From contig NC_059436.1 in assembly GCF_021028975.2 (NCBI RefSeq), positions 54,002,001-54,066,000 on the forward strand: a stretch of 64,000 bases of DNA. The letters are read 5' to 3'. Position 1 is the first letter of the stretch, and every line of letters starts with the position of its first letter. Position numbers and translations under genes: made by a program. This DNA is from Sphaerodactylus townsendi (taxonomy: Eukaryota). The notes under the pieces were generated by a model, which saw only the letters and a list, made by a program, of their open reading frames with translations, had not been told where the DNA came from and did no database searches. Below, in pieces: positions 45,453-59,117 of the stretch.

Positions 45453-48400
45453 CTGGAAGAAAATCAGAGGCATGATCATAGACTTAGAAAATAGAGGTGA
45501 AATTTGGCATGACAGCCGCATGATATTTTTAGAAGGCAACTGATAGGACAAGCTCAAGGAGGGAAGGGAGGAGCAACCAGACCTCACTCTCTTGTGAATG
45601 GCCCCAGCTCTAATTGAGAACCCTGTCCCCCTGACATCGCTACCATCAAGGTCAGAGAGAGAGAAAAGGCAGGCAAGCACTCCTCTCTTGTGCATGGATC
45701 CAGCTCCAGCTAAGGGCCCTGTACTCCCAGTAGTCACTACCAGCAAGGCCAGAGAGAGAAAAGGCAAATAGGCACTTCTCTCCTGTGTGGACCAATGTTC
45801 CCGATCGCCCCATGGCAAAGTGAGGCACAGTCAGCCTAACCTGCCTCAGAGGGATATTGCAAGGAGAAATGGACAAAGAAAACAGTCACAGATGCCATTT
45901 TGAATTCCTTAAACAAATTAAGTTACAAAAATGCAACTCATTCCCCTCTGTCTATCTTCAATGTTGTTTCCTTAACATCCCACAGAGTGAGTGTTGCTGT
46001 CGGTACTGTCCCAATGCTATAGGCTCAATCCCTCATATCCTGCTTTACTGTTCGAGGTATATTAGATATTAGAACCAGTCTGGGAGCTTTACTACCTTTA
46101 GAATTTATGTTTCTCTCAGACAAACAAAAAATGTCTAAGCTATTGAACAGCCCTAATGTAGAAATTTCTGAAGCAGTTGCTACATTTTTAATCCATGTTC
46201 TACATGATATGTAACAATGATCCTGTTTTTGTATTTGGAATGTATGGTACTTCTGGTTTATGCCTAATAAAGGTTTTTGGATTGGATTGGATTGGATTGA
46301 AGTTACAAAAAAAATCAACTTAACCCACTTCACAGGATTGTTGTTTGGATGAAATGTGCTCTACCCTGGCAGGGTTTTTTTAAACACTATACAAGCAATC
46401 AAGAAAGTCAAAAGACAATGGAGAAGCCTGCTGCATTGTGGCTATACACAACTCATTGGCAACCAATAGTAATACATGTTTTTTGCCTGTTACCTTGCAT
46501 TTTGCTTGATCACTACAGGGGTTATTAAGCTCATTTAGTTTATACATTTTCCCTTTTTTTGCTTTCTGAACACTTATTAAATTTGCACAATTATTATTGT
46601 TGGTATGCAATTGGTTGTTTATAGCCACAATGTAGCAGGCTTCTCCTTTCGTCTTCAGGGTTTTAAAAAAATACATCTCATAGATACACAATAAAAGGAA
46701 TTCTGGAAAGCTGGATGTACATTACTGCAGGAGAAACTTACGCTCTGGTTCAGGTTTCTCTGTGTCCCCCACTCTTAACGGGCGGGCTTTAGGTTCCTCT
46801 TTGTTCCTTCTTACAGGCGCATTCAGCTCTTCATGATAAACTGAAAGGAGACACCCCACCAGTTTGAAATCCTGAGGTAGTACAGTGCACTGGTTAAAAC
46901 TGTCAGATTATCATTGGGGAGACTTGGGCTCAAATTTCCACTCAACTAGGAAGTTTCACTAGAGACTCTGGGCCAATCACCATCTCCCAGCCCCACTTCA
47001 CAGGGTTACTGAGGCTACATGTGCCTCCCTGCACTATAACTTTAACTTAAGCTTGCTCAACATGCAGCTGCTAGACTCCTAGTAGGAGCCTCTAGCTGGG
47101 ACTATATTAACACCTGCCCTACAAAATCTTCACTGACTGCCTATTGAGCACCAGGTTGTCTTCAAAGTTTTGGTGCTGACCTTTAAGACTATTAATGGAC
47201 TTGGACCTGCATATTTGCGAGACCGCCTCTCCCCTTATTGTCCTCCAAGACCCCATCAGTCTGTGGAGGGGAACTTACTAGCGGTTCCGGACCCCAAGGA
47301 TGTCCAGCTGGCATCAACACGGCCCCGACCTGGTGGGACACACTCCCCAATGACATCTGGGCCTTGTGGAATCTGTCTCAGTTGCTCCACTGGGCCAGCT
47401 GGTAACCCCTTTTGATATCGTTTCTGGTCCCATCTGGGATATGATGCGCACTCCTGCTCCCTTGTACTGTTAGATTTCAGTCATCTTGAAATTGTACTGT
47501 AACTGGTTTTAGTATTTATATTTGTGATTTTGTACTGTTTTTATTATGTTTTTATTATATATTCTATGTAAAGCTGCCCTGAATCCTTTGGGAGAGTGGG
47601 CAGGGTACAAATGTAAAAAATAAACAAACACAATAGTGTGATATTGCTCAAGGCCATCGGGTGGAATGCATCATTTCATGGTTTACATCTGTCTGCATAA
47701 AGGTCCCTTTAAGGAACAGGGTTGCCAGGTCCAACACAGGCCCATGGCCTTGACTGATGTACACTGAAATCCCTGGCCAACTCCGAGGTCAGTGGATAAA
47801 CACCACTCCCCAACTCACATCTGTTGTGCTGGACATAGTTCACTGCCATGTTTGTGGGAACAAAGGAGGTCTCGCTGTCTTTCTTCTTATTCTGCTGTTC
47901 GGCCAATAGACGAGCTTTGGCCTCCTCGGTGGAGATAATGTTTTTGATTTTGGCTCTAAATGGATAAAGGAAGAAGACAAAACAAGAGGAAAAAAATCAA
48001 AGATGCTTCCTAGAGCAGTGGTGGCGAACCTATGGCACGGGTGCCAGAGGTGGCACTCAGAGCCTTCTCTGTAGGCACGTGCAAACAGAGTCCCCCCCCC
48101 CACATTTAGGCTGGCCTGGGCCGCTGGGCTCGATTATTAGCATTAAACCTAAGATCTAGTTTTGGGGAAGCAGTGTAGGTAACCCTGTAAAGCACCGTTA
48201 AACCCCACTGAATTTCATGGGAAGAACTAAAGTGTGATCCTTTACCTGGGAGTAAGCTCGGTTGCTGGCAATGGGGCTTGCTTCTGAGTAAACCCTCCTA
48301 GGGTTGTGATTCACCCATTGGAAGAGTTGCACGGTTGCTTCAAAGCAAAGCCACCAACTACCACCAAGCTTACTCCCGAGTAACGCACGCCTCAGAGCCA

Positions 48401-51400
48401 ACCGTTTTTTCTAAACTAAAACCTCAGTATTGAGGTTAAATTGCTGTGTTGGCACTTTGCGATAAATAAGTGGGTTTGGAGTTACAACTTGGGCATTCAG
48501 TCTCAAAAAGGTTTGCCATCACTGTCCTAGAGGGTGACATGAGACTCCCTCCCTTTCGCCCCTCCCTCTGGTCTTTACTCCTTCAGACTATCGTTTTCAG
48601 TATAGGTCTGACCCCTGAACGTGTCGTGTAGAGCCCGCAGGGGATTGACTGGCTTTGTCTTCAGAGGTGATTTTTGCATGGTCAACCTCTTCTCCCACTC
48701 ACGCTCCAAAGGCTCAGCAGAAGAATGATCTTATCAGTGACCAAAAAAACAACAAAAGTCAGGCCCACATCCTTCATACAGGTGTTTTAAGCATGGACAG
48801 TAAGGACCAGATTATTTTAAGTCAAGCCTGCCTCACTGCCCAAATGCTAGCATCTTGCCACCTGCTCTGGGAGCTTCCATCAGCTGAAAAATGGTGGGCA
48901 GATACTACAGACAATTTTCTGTGGTGGGGCCTCTGTTATGGTTTGATTGGTGCCTGATCTACTACTTTTCAGACGCTGGGGAAAGCTTGGTTGTTTACTT
49001 AGGCATTCTGTTTCAAATAATTTTTCCCCTGGTCTCTTATTAGTTTCCTGTTTCCTTTATAGCATTTACCTTGCTGTTTTTATCAGCTACTCTGAATTTA
49101 TATTTTTTGTAGTGTTGATTTGCTAGTCATGATCAGTTACACTGAACTGCCTTTTGCTGCTGCTCTAAATCCTGTTCAATTGGTTCTCGGGGTCCTTTTA
49201 AAATGAGCAATTAAAAAAATGTCTCCACTTTGTGAACTGCCTACAAATTACCTGAACAAACATGCCCAGACAGCCGTTTGTTTCCTCAGTGTTGGGGTAA
49301 GGATTCTGAAAAAACAAGTGCCCTGAGTCACTCACTCAATTCCAAGGTCCACTTCAGGAATGCCGCTAAGCATCTGATTGGACAGCATCTCTTCCGTCTT
49401 CTTGGCCGAAGAGACCCGGATGCTCTCCGGTAACTCATAGAGACAGTCTTCTGCGTTCTTCTGCTTCACTTTCTGCTCCTCATTTTCTACTATCCCTTTC
49501 CTCTTCTTCAGCTCAGTTTCAATGTATTTCATCCTGTACAGGAAGTCAATGCAAAGCTTGCATCAGGTGGCAATACCCACCAGTCTCCAACCCAGTTTTT
49601 GCGGGGAGAGTTCCAAGGACCTTAGCTGACTTGGCCTTTGCTGGAAGATCTTCAAAGCACCAGAGAGGTGGTGGAGGAGGAGGAGAAGGAAGGGGAGGAG
49701 AGTTTGGATTTATACCCCACCTTTCTCTCCTGTAAGGAGAATCAAACCCGGTTCTCCAGATTACAGCCCATCTGCTTTTAACCGCATCACCACGTCTCGT
49801 TGCCTAGAGGTTCTACAGGAACTTCTTATCCTCCGGCATCCCTACCCAAACTTGCTTGGCTTTCTCTTCCCTTTCCCTTCACTGCCCTTCATCCCTTGCT
49901 TCAAGTGACTTCCCTTTACATCAGTCAAGTTTAAGCAACAGGGACAATTAATTTCCCTTTATACAAGTCAAGTTTAAGCAACAGTGACAACACTTTTCAG
50001 GGGCCAGAGGAAGCATTCTGATCTTGTCTGACTACCAGCTTTGGTGGGTATGACATGCTGACAGAGATCCTGACTGCTAGCTCTTCACAGCCCTTGTTGC
50101 ATGATGACTGTGCTCAGATATCACATCACAGTGGTTTGTTCACTGGGAGAAGCTCTGAAGTTCACATGCTCTCTTCCTGTCTTCCTTCATGCATGGCTCA
50201 GACTGAACGCTTCTGCATTTGGAGTGAATCAGTTTGTTGCAGCATTCAGATTGGGAGCCTTGGCACACTGTGTCTGTTTGCTTGCCTACAAACCAGAATG
50301 CTCAAACTTGGTTTAGGTCTGCCTTGTATACAAGGCAACAAGCCACGGTTTGTCAATTCGGATGTAAGGAAGTAAGAAGTCTTCAGTCTTCAAACTACAC
50401 ACTGGGAGGGGTGGGAGAAATAATTATGAGAGGCCACAGACTGCTACGACCCATTCTTGTAATGAACAAGCCACAGTTTGTGAGGTCTGAATGCATCGCA
50501 ATCCTGGGTTTACAACTGAACATCTGTTCAATGGAATCACGGTTAATAACGACTCCCCAATGTGCATGTGATATGTGCTTGCAAACACAAGTTTCTTTTC
50601 CTGTTTTACATTTTCCAACATACATAAAGCATTTTATTATGTATGCAACCCCCAATATGATGATTAAAACACACACACACGAGAGAATGCCATTCTCTGC
50701 CTTAAAGATAAAACCATTTCCTTTCTATGCTTGTTTTGTCCTGTATTTTTATTATTACCTAGTTATTTCCTCTGACACTTTCAAAGGGTTCATTCCATAC
50801 TCCATTTATATTAAAGTACCAACATTATTTGCATACAGATCCCAATGAAGGTGGTTCCTCCCACCACTCCAATAGGCTAAACCAAGAGTCTGCAGCCTGC
50901 GGCTCTTTCAGCCTTATACTGCGGCTCCGCGTGGCCTGGACGTCGGAGGGTAGCGTGGGCGTGTCCCTCCAGCCCAGCGCTGGAAGGAAAGGTGAGTGGA
51001 GGAGCTGAACCGGAGGCGGCTCTCTGGCTCAGTAGATCTTTGGGGCCGTGGAAAACGGGTCCAAATGGCTCTTTGGATGGTAAAGGTTGCCAACCCCGGG
51101 GCTAAACAAATCTTCAGGGGTTTTTTTTTTCCACAACAAAGCCCTTCATTTAAGACCTTCTGTGCAGTCTTGAGAGCACACGAACTGCCGAGGAAAGTGC
51201 AGCACAAATCTAAGCAGGGCTGGGCCACCAAGGCTTGCTGCAACTGGCTAAAAACCCCTCCACATCCCTGCTTGTATAAACCAGGCTACCAAAAACAGAG
51301 CAGAAAATGCATTATAGGTTTTCTGAGAAGTAGACACTTTGGGCAAAGGGGAACCTTGAAAATTGTCCCAACCTGCTAACTACAGTTTCATGAGGAATTA

Positions 51401-54400
51401 TCACAGAAAGTCGTAGCAGAAGGAGAGTCCCATCACAGGCCTTCTAGGCATGAGAGTCAAATAGAACCTCCATGTTCTGAGGCACTATATCTTGGAATGC
51501 CAGTTACTACCCATCAAAAAACAGGGGATGCCCTGTGCTACTGCTTGTGAACCTTCCAAAGTACCTGGGTGGACACTGTGTGGACCAGGATTATGGACTA
51601 GATGAACCTCTGCTCCACTTCAGCACAGCTCTTCTTGTGTTCTTATAATGCAACTTACATGTCAGCATCTTCATCTCTCCTGTTGGTCTCTGCAGAGAAG
51701 GAAGTCCCAAGGTTCAGGTCCTCTTCTTCACTGATTCTATTAAGAGAGAAACATCCCCCACCCCAAAATCAATCTTAACCAACATCAAGAGAAACATGAT
51801 AAAAGCTATGGCATCATGAAGGTATCACGCCAAACCATGGTTTGCACATACTGTGAATTAGAACCAACCAGGGTTTGAGCTTCTAAATGTACAACCTTTG
51901 GTTGCTTTTCTATCCATTCTGCTTCATGAATTCACTCCCATCTCCATAGTGCAGCAGCTACTGGAAGTTGAACTACAGCTGCAACTCTGATTTGTGAATT
52001 CAGGCATCATGTGCTCATGTGTTAGCCAATCATAAAAGCCAAACCATAGTTAACATGAACCATGATCTGCAACTGCAAGTCAGAATATGGCTTAGGATTC
52101 TGCTTTTCCTACCTAATTTCAAACCATGGCGTGTCAATTTAGACATTACACCAAACCGTGGTGAGCACAAGCCAGAGTTGACAAATCTACTTCAGAACTA
52201 TTACTTCCAGTTACGGCTTGCTTGCCCATCATAAACCATGCTTGTTAATAAATACACTGCACCGAACCATTGTTAAGTGTTTTACTGGAACATTTCCTTA
52301 TCTACTGCAGTTTTTCAAGCTGAACGTGCTCCTTCAACAATACGGATGTCTTAGTAGTGGCTATAATAAAGTTTTTGCAATTCTGATTAAGGAGATGGTT
52401 TTTCAGAAACTATTACAGCAATGGGTGCTGTGTGGTTTCCGGGCTGTATGGCCGTGTTCTAGCAGCATTCTCTCCTGACGTTTCGCCTGCATCTGTGGCT
52501 GGCATCTTCAGAGGATCATCTGAAGATGCCAGCCACAGATGCAGGCGAAACGTCAGGAGAGAATGCTGCTAGAACACGGCCATACAGCCCGGAAACCACA
52601 CAGCACCCAAGTGATTCCAGCCGTGAAAGCCTTCGACAATACATTTTTACAGCAATCATTATTAATTCAAACAGTATTTTTAAGGCACAATCCAGTCAAA
52701 GTCAAACATTTCACAGTCTTCTGATTTCAACATAAAAGTACATCAATGGGACTACCAAATGCTCAGTAAATTGGCTCACAAATCTACAGCCAAAATGGAA
52801 GTGGTGAGCTGGAGCCAGCGCAGTGTAGTATATTTGCACTGGGATCTGGGAGGTCAGGGTCAAATCTCCACCCAGCCACAAAGCTTCCTGGGTGACTTCC
52901 AGCCAAACTGTCAGCCTGACCTACCTCACCCAGATGTTGCAAGGAGAAAAAGAGCCGGTGCTGTCCTGAGCTCCTTGAAGGTGGGATGGTATCAAAATTC
53001 AGCAGTGATTGACATAGCTCCCTCAAACATAGCATTTGGCAAAGGGCCAGTGGCCTCCCACCCACCTTTGCAGGCATTTTACATTACCTTTACATTTCCA
53101 GGGAGGGGAAAAAAGAGACAATGATTTGTAAACTGCCTTGATCTCTCAAATGGCCTGGGGGAGGGGGGCAGTGAAATGGGGAGAGGCAAATAAGGGATGA
53201 CAAAGGAAGCTCCATTGAGAAGCATCCCTTGAACTGTGTATAGAAAGGAGAATTTCTCCAGTTATATTCTCCCATTGTACTGTTACAATAACAAGAACAA
53301 CTGTACCTGAATTCTCACCCAATTTTTACAGGTAGAGGAGTCCTCAAAAATATCTGCCCCTCTCTCTACTTCCTACTGTTTCTTAACTTATTAGTTTTAA
53401 GCAGGTACCAAGTGATTCCCCAGCCTATGAAGCGCTCTGGTCTGCCTAATTCAGGGGTAGGGAACCTGTGGCTCTCCAGATGTTCAGGAACTACAATTCC
53501 CATCAGCCCCTTCCTGCATGGCCAATTGGAGACAATGGAAACATCTGGAGAGCCGCAGGTTCCCTACCCCTGACCTAATTCCTTCTTGTACATGATTGAG
53601 AAGTATTCCGTGATGGAGTGTGCTCCCACCCACAGGTGAAGTGGAGCATTCCAGATCCAGATTGTCTACCAGTGCAATCCTAAGGACACGAAGTCCCACT
53701 GGCAAACAACTGAGATTTACTTCCCCATAGACCGGCCGAGGTTTGATTCGTACCCTGTTGAAAAAACCGATGCCTTCGCCAAGTTCTTTACTGCAGCAAG
53801 CCAGATGCTGGCTGTTGCTTCCTGCATCCGTATGCCTTGTTCCACAGCAAACGTGCTTTATTATATACCTCAGGGGAAACCAGACACGCTCACCTGTCCT
53901 TGCCCCGTTCCTTCAGCTTCTTCATGTCCACCATTCCGCCAGTCTTTACATTAAAGGGGTCATCCTGGGGAAAAGAGGGATTTTAAGTGAGAGAGATGTG
54001 TCTATCTCTTGTCATTTAGCTTTACCTCACTGATGCATATTGTGTGTTAAGGCAGATCACTATGATCTAACTGACAGTTCACCTGACTGTTGCTTGAGGC
54101 AGTGAGCTGGTTCTAACCGGCTTCACCTGGACTATGTGACCTTTATGCTGATTGGTCAGTACTTGTATATATTCTGAACAGATGTGACTGTATGCACTGG
54201 CTAGGGTATTTCTATGTTGGCGAAGCATGCTGTCAGTTTGTTCTGTGATCCTGTAAATACTTCTTGTATATAACTCCACTGTTGATAAACTGCACTTCAC
54301 TAAAGAATAACGGCTTCTTGTGCTGTGTCTACTATTGTGGTGTTGCAACTGAGTTCCAAGGCTGCTTCTCCTACTCTCGGTCACCAGCATTCCGCTGTGC

Positions 54401-57400
54401 CGCAGGTCTACTCGCTAACATCTCTTTCAGCATAAGCTACATAAGGAGCAGCAGTGGTGTAGGAGGTTAAGAGCTCGTGTATCTAATCTGGAGGAACCGG
54501 ATTTGATTCCCAGCTCTGCCACCTGAGCTGTGGAGGCTTATCTGGGGAATTCAGATTAGCCTGTACACTCCCACACACACCAGCTGGGTGACCTTGGGCT
54601 AGTCACAGCTTCTCGGAGCTCTTTCAGCCCCACCTACCTCATAGGGTGTTTGTTGTGAGGGGGGAAGGGCAAGGAGATTGTCAGCCCCTTTGAGTCTCCT
54701 ACAGGAGAGAAAGGGGGGATATAAATCCAAATTCTTCTTCTTCTACTGGATGGCCCAGGCCAGCCCAATCTCCTCAGATCTCAGAAGTTAAGGAGGATCA
54801 GCTCTGGCTAGTACTTGGATGGCAGACTGCTGAGGAAGTCCAGGGTCACTGAACAGAAGCAGCCAATGGCAAACCACCTCTGATCAATCTTTGCCTTGAA
54901 AACCCTAGGGTTGGCATAAGTCAACTGAAACGTGCCTGCACTTTCCACCACCATACATGTCATATGCCCTGACCACTCTGATCTAGTCTAATCTCAGAGA
55001 CTGAGCAGGGTTCATCCTGGTTACGATTTGCATGGGAGCCCCCTCAAGGAAATCCAAGGTTGCTACCTCAGAGGCAGGCAATAGCAAATCACCTCTGTTT
55101 GTCTGGTCAGCAACAACTTGCCAGCACTTTCTACCACCACCACTACCACCAAGGTGCTGGCATTTCTTTCGGCCACAGGTAGCAAGCCAGTGTTTCAAGA
55201 GGCGACGAAAGCACCAGCAGATTTTAGCAAAAGAAGCCAATGCCTAGCACAGCTGGTCCCGTCCCCCATGTCATAAGCAGGGCTGCCGCACAATCAATCC
55301 ATGAACAAGTAAAACATTAAGTGGACAATTTATTGATCAGAAAGATTTCCATCAGTCCTGTTCCTCTAAAAACATGATGAACAATGCCTAGGAATCTAAA
55401 ATAGTTTTGTATCTCCCATGATTAGCGAAATGGTCTCCTCCCACCCCCACAGCTCAGTCTTACCGTCAAGGTCGTCTCTTCTTGCAACTTCTCCCCTACA
55501 AGCAGGGCTGCAGCACTGGCCAAAAGAGACACACAAAAGAAAGAGTCAAGTCAGCCAAGAAGGCCCCCTCACTAGTTCGTTAGAGCTGAACATAACAGCC
55601 TGGTTTTCTTTTCCCAGGTACCTTTTAATTCTCATTAGCATCCCTTAAGACAGCTTCATCAATCAGCCAATCAACACATCTGCAGTTCTGTGGTCCAAAA
55701 ACAAAACAAAATGCAGATGCTGAAATCTCAGATCCATCAGTTTCCACCCCATCTGCCTGCTAGTCTGCAAAGAGAGACCAGAAGCCTATTTTATATGGTG
55801 GGGATGGCTTCGATTCGCAGGGCACGCTGTAAGCTTAGGACAACAACAGCACAACGACATGCTATTGTAGGTGCAGGGTGGCATTTGAGGACTCTTTAAA
55901 TTCATATAACATTGATTTCTTCAATTGTATTGCCTTTATAATTTTGTGCTTTAATCATAACCAATTCAATCAAATATATGCAGGCCATCTGCTCTTTGCC
56001 CTTTTCCCTGTTGCTAACCAGATCAGTAATAGCCTTGATGAATACCCCTTGTCTTCACTCTTACATGGGAATGCAAGAGATTACGAACTAAATTGTTTTC
56101 GAGGTCTTCTTGTCCCCGCTGGCACCATAAGTCTACCCTTTTCTGATACAAACCAGAACATGGAAAATTGTTTAGGCTCTTTGTCTAGAAAAGTAGACAA
56201 ACTGAGAACAATGCTGATAAGGTGAGGCTGGGCCTTAGTTCACAGGACGTCAGAGGGTGAAATACTGACATCTTCCAAGAAGGGCATTTGCCTGTCCTAA
56301 ATGTTTTGGGTAAGGGGACGATCTCCTCCCTTCTCAGTGATTGATTGATGATGGTTGTACTTTGGGTGTATTCTTTCTAATGCTGTTCTGATGTAACCTA
56401 TAAAAATGAGAAACTGCAGTCATTTTGTGCGGCTCCTCTAATACTAGCTTGCCCGTTGTTGGCCTGAATAAAAATTATTTCTTTAATTTTATTCTTTGTT
56501 GGCTTAAGCTTTTTGGGCTTAAAATTTTTTAATTAGTTACCCCGCAGTAACACTATTGATGCTACTCCTATGCAGCCTGTGGAAACACAGCTGTGGAAGG
56601 CCAAAAGAAAGAGGAAATAACACCTTGCTAAAGCTATTGTTTCATTTCTCAGCTCTTCAGGGGTCCAACCACTGTGGGCAGGTGGTATCCAGGGGGAATA
56701 TGGCAACAAAATCCACAGATTATCAGTTTGGACATCAGTCCACATCACAGATCGCCCAAGCCACAAATGAAATTCAAACAGTACATCTGCTTGATTTGCC
56801 ACTTTTTGTAGACTCAAACATCTGTGCCAGACCACTGCTGGCTACTATGTCTGAACCAAGCCCCTACCTATCAATACATCAACACACCAGAAGAATGTAA
56901 ATTAGAATATAGGCAATGCAACCAGTGGACAAGGGCAAGATGCTGTGGGGATCAAAAAAACTTTGCTCACGGAAAGCTCATCCGGGGTGCCCTCTGGGCT
57001 GCCCAAAAATCAGCAGAAAGTTCAAACAACTCATTCAAGCCATCTACCACAAGCACAAGTAGCAGAACTTTAAAAAAAAACTCTCACAGATACAAGAAAC
57101 TCGATTTTTCTTTAAAAAATCCACCCCAAATGCTCACCTTCATGGCAGCCGAAATTCCATGACAGTCATTGTTACAAACATGCTGCACGAAGTTCAAACG
57201 AACATAGAATGCTTTTCAGGGATTCTGCCACGTCTCTTACCTCACTCCATTTTGTCTTCTCCGGAGACTCTGTACTTCTTTTGCTTCCTCAAGTTTCAAT
57301 CTGAAACACAACCCCGTGGTTAGGTCCGGTCCAAGACCATTGGATGCAACTCATCTCTGAGCAGCAGACAGTTTTGGACACAAGATAGCAAATGCAAACA

Positions 57401-59066
57401 TGCTGTACTGTAGGCTTTGAATAGCAATTGCTGAGGGCAAACCACAGACAAAGTGATGATGCTTTTGTGTCTCATTTACTGATCTGGCTGGTTGTCATTG
57501 GAAATGGGATGCTGGACTGGAAAGAAATTGGGCATGCCTCAGGCAAGGCAACTCTGCCAGTCTTATTAGGACTGGAAATGTTGGAATCCGAACCTACAAG
57601 CAAAGCAGAGGTTCTAACATTAAATCACAGCCCCTCCCCAGGTACATAGAGAGCATTCCATTAACCTTTAAAGCCCTAAATGGCCTGAGGCCGCCTCTCT
57701 TGATGCGCCCCTTGGAGAGCATTACACTCAAAATAACAGACTCCTGCAGATCCCCAGCCCTGAAATGATCCACCTGTCTTCGACTAGGAAAACTCTGTCA
57801 AATGAGACCAGGGCCCTGTCAGATCTAGCTCAGTTTGGCAGGGCAGGCGAGACGCAGCTGTTCCGCCAGGCATAGGATTGAGGACAGCCACAGGAGTTTC
57901 CATTTCAAGCTGGTCTCTCCTTTTCTAGCCTTTCCAGTTTTTCAGACTTTCCGTTTTCAGCTTTAAGTTGTGCTACTTTGCGTGTCTCTGTTTTGCCCCA
58001 ACCCTTGTCAAAATGTATTGAGGAGGTTACCGTTATAGAATTTTTAATACATTGTTTTAATTATACATCCATGGTTGTTTCACCCCTCTGAGCCCATTTG
58101 CAGGCATAGGGGTATATAACCCAAAATGAAAATGGAGACTCAGTGACTATGGCACAAACCAGCTGAGGTTATCCTAGTGGTAATCAGCATCCTGAGCACC
58201 ATTCCAAAAACACTGGGGTGGCACTTGAAACATCTTCAAATTGACAAAATCAACATCTGTCAGATTCAGAAGGCAGCCCTGCTGGAATCCACACAAATAC
58301 CGATACATTACACCCTAGGCCTCTGGGTGAGGCTCGAATTATAATGAAGGGTCAACCACCAGCTAAATAACTGGCAGCTGTGATATTAAACAAAAATTAT
58401 TAATAATAATGATAAACATTTGAATCCAAATGGACAAACTGATGGCACATAATATATCAGACATCTCATTGATTGAGGACAAGATAGTGACCATCATCGA
58501 CATAGCAACCTGGTGATAGCAGGGTCGGTGAAAAAGAACATGAGAATGTCACTAAATACCATGATTTGAAAATCGAGATTCAGTGGCTATGGCACAAACC
58601 AGCTGAGGTCGTCCCAGTGGTCATCGGCACAATGGGTGTCATCTTGAAAACACTAGGGCAGCACTTGAAACATCTTCACATCAACAAAATCGACATCTGT
58701 CAGATTCAGAAGGCAGCCCTGCTGGGATCTGCACAAATTCTACATTGATATGTTACAACGTCCTAGGTCTCTGGGTGCAGCTCGAATTGTAACGAAAGGC
58801 CAACAACCAGCTAAAGAACTGGCAGCTCTGATATTAAATAAAAATTAATCATCATCATCATCATCATCATCTTGAAAAACATCTGGAAATCTTGAAAAAC
58901 ATCTGGAAAGCCTAAACTTGGACAGAACATCAGTCCACATGCTGCAGAAAGCAGCACTTCTAGGAACTGCACATATTCTGTGCAAATACCTCTAATATCC
59001 TAGGTCTTTGGGAAGGACTCGATATTCAGAGATGAATTCCAGACACTTGTGCTGTGTTGTTATGTG

Positions 59067-59117
<51 letters not shown>

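Noticed and set aside
54444-54520. tRNA gene
   Set aside because: No intact cloverleaf; it is a multi-copy SINE head.
54748-54840. 5S rRNA gene
   Set aside because: Diverged, partial and fused to a repeat body, so it is a SINE head.
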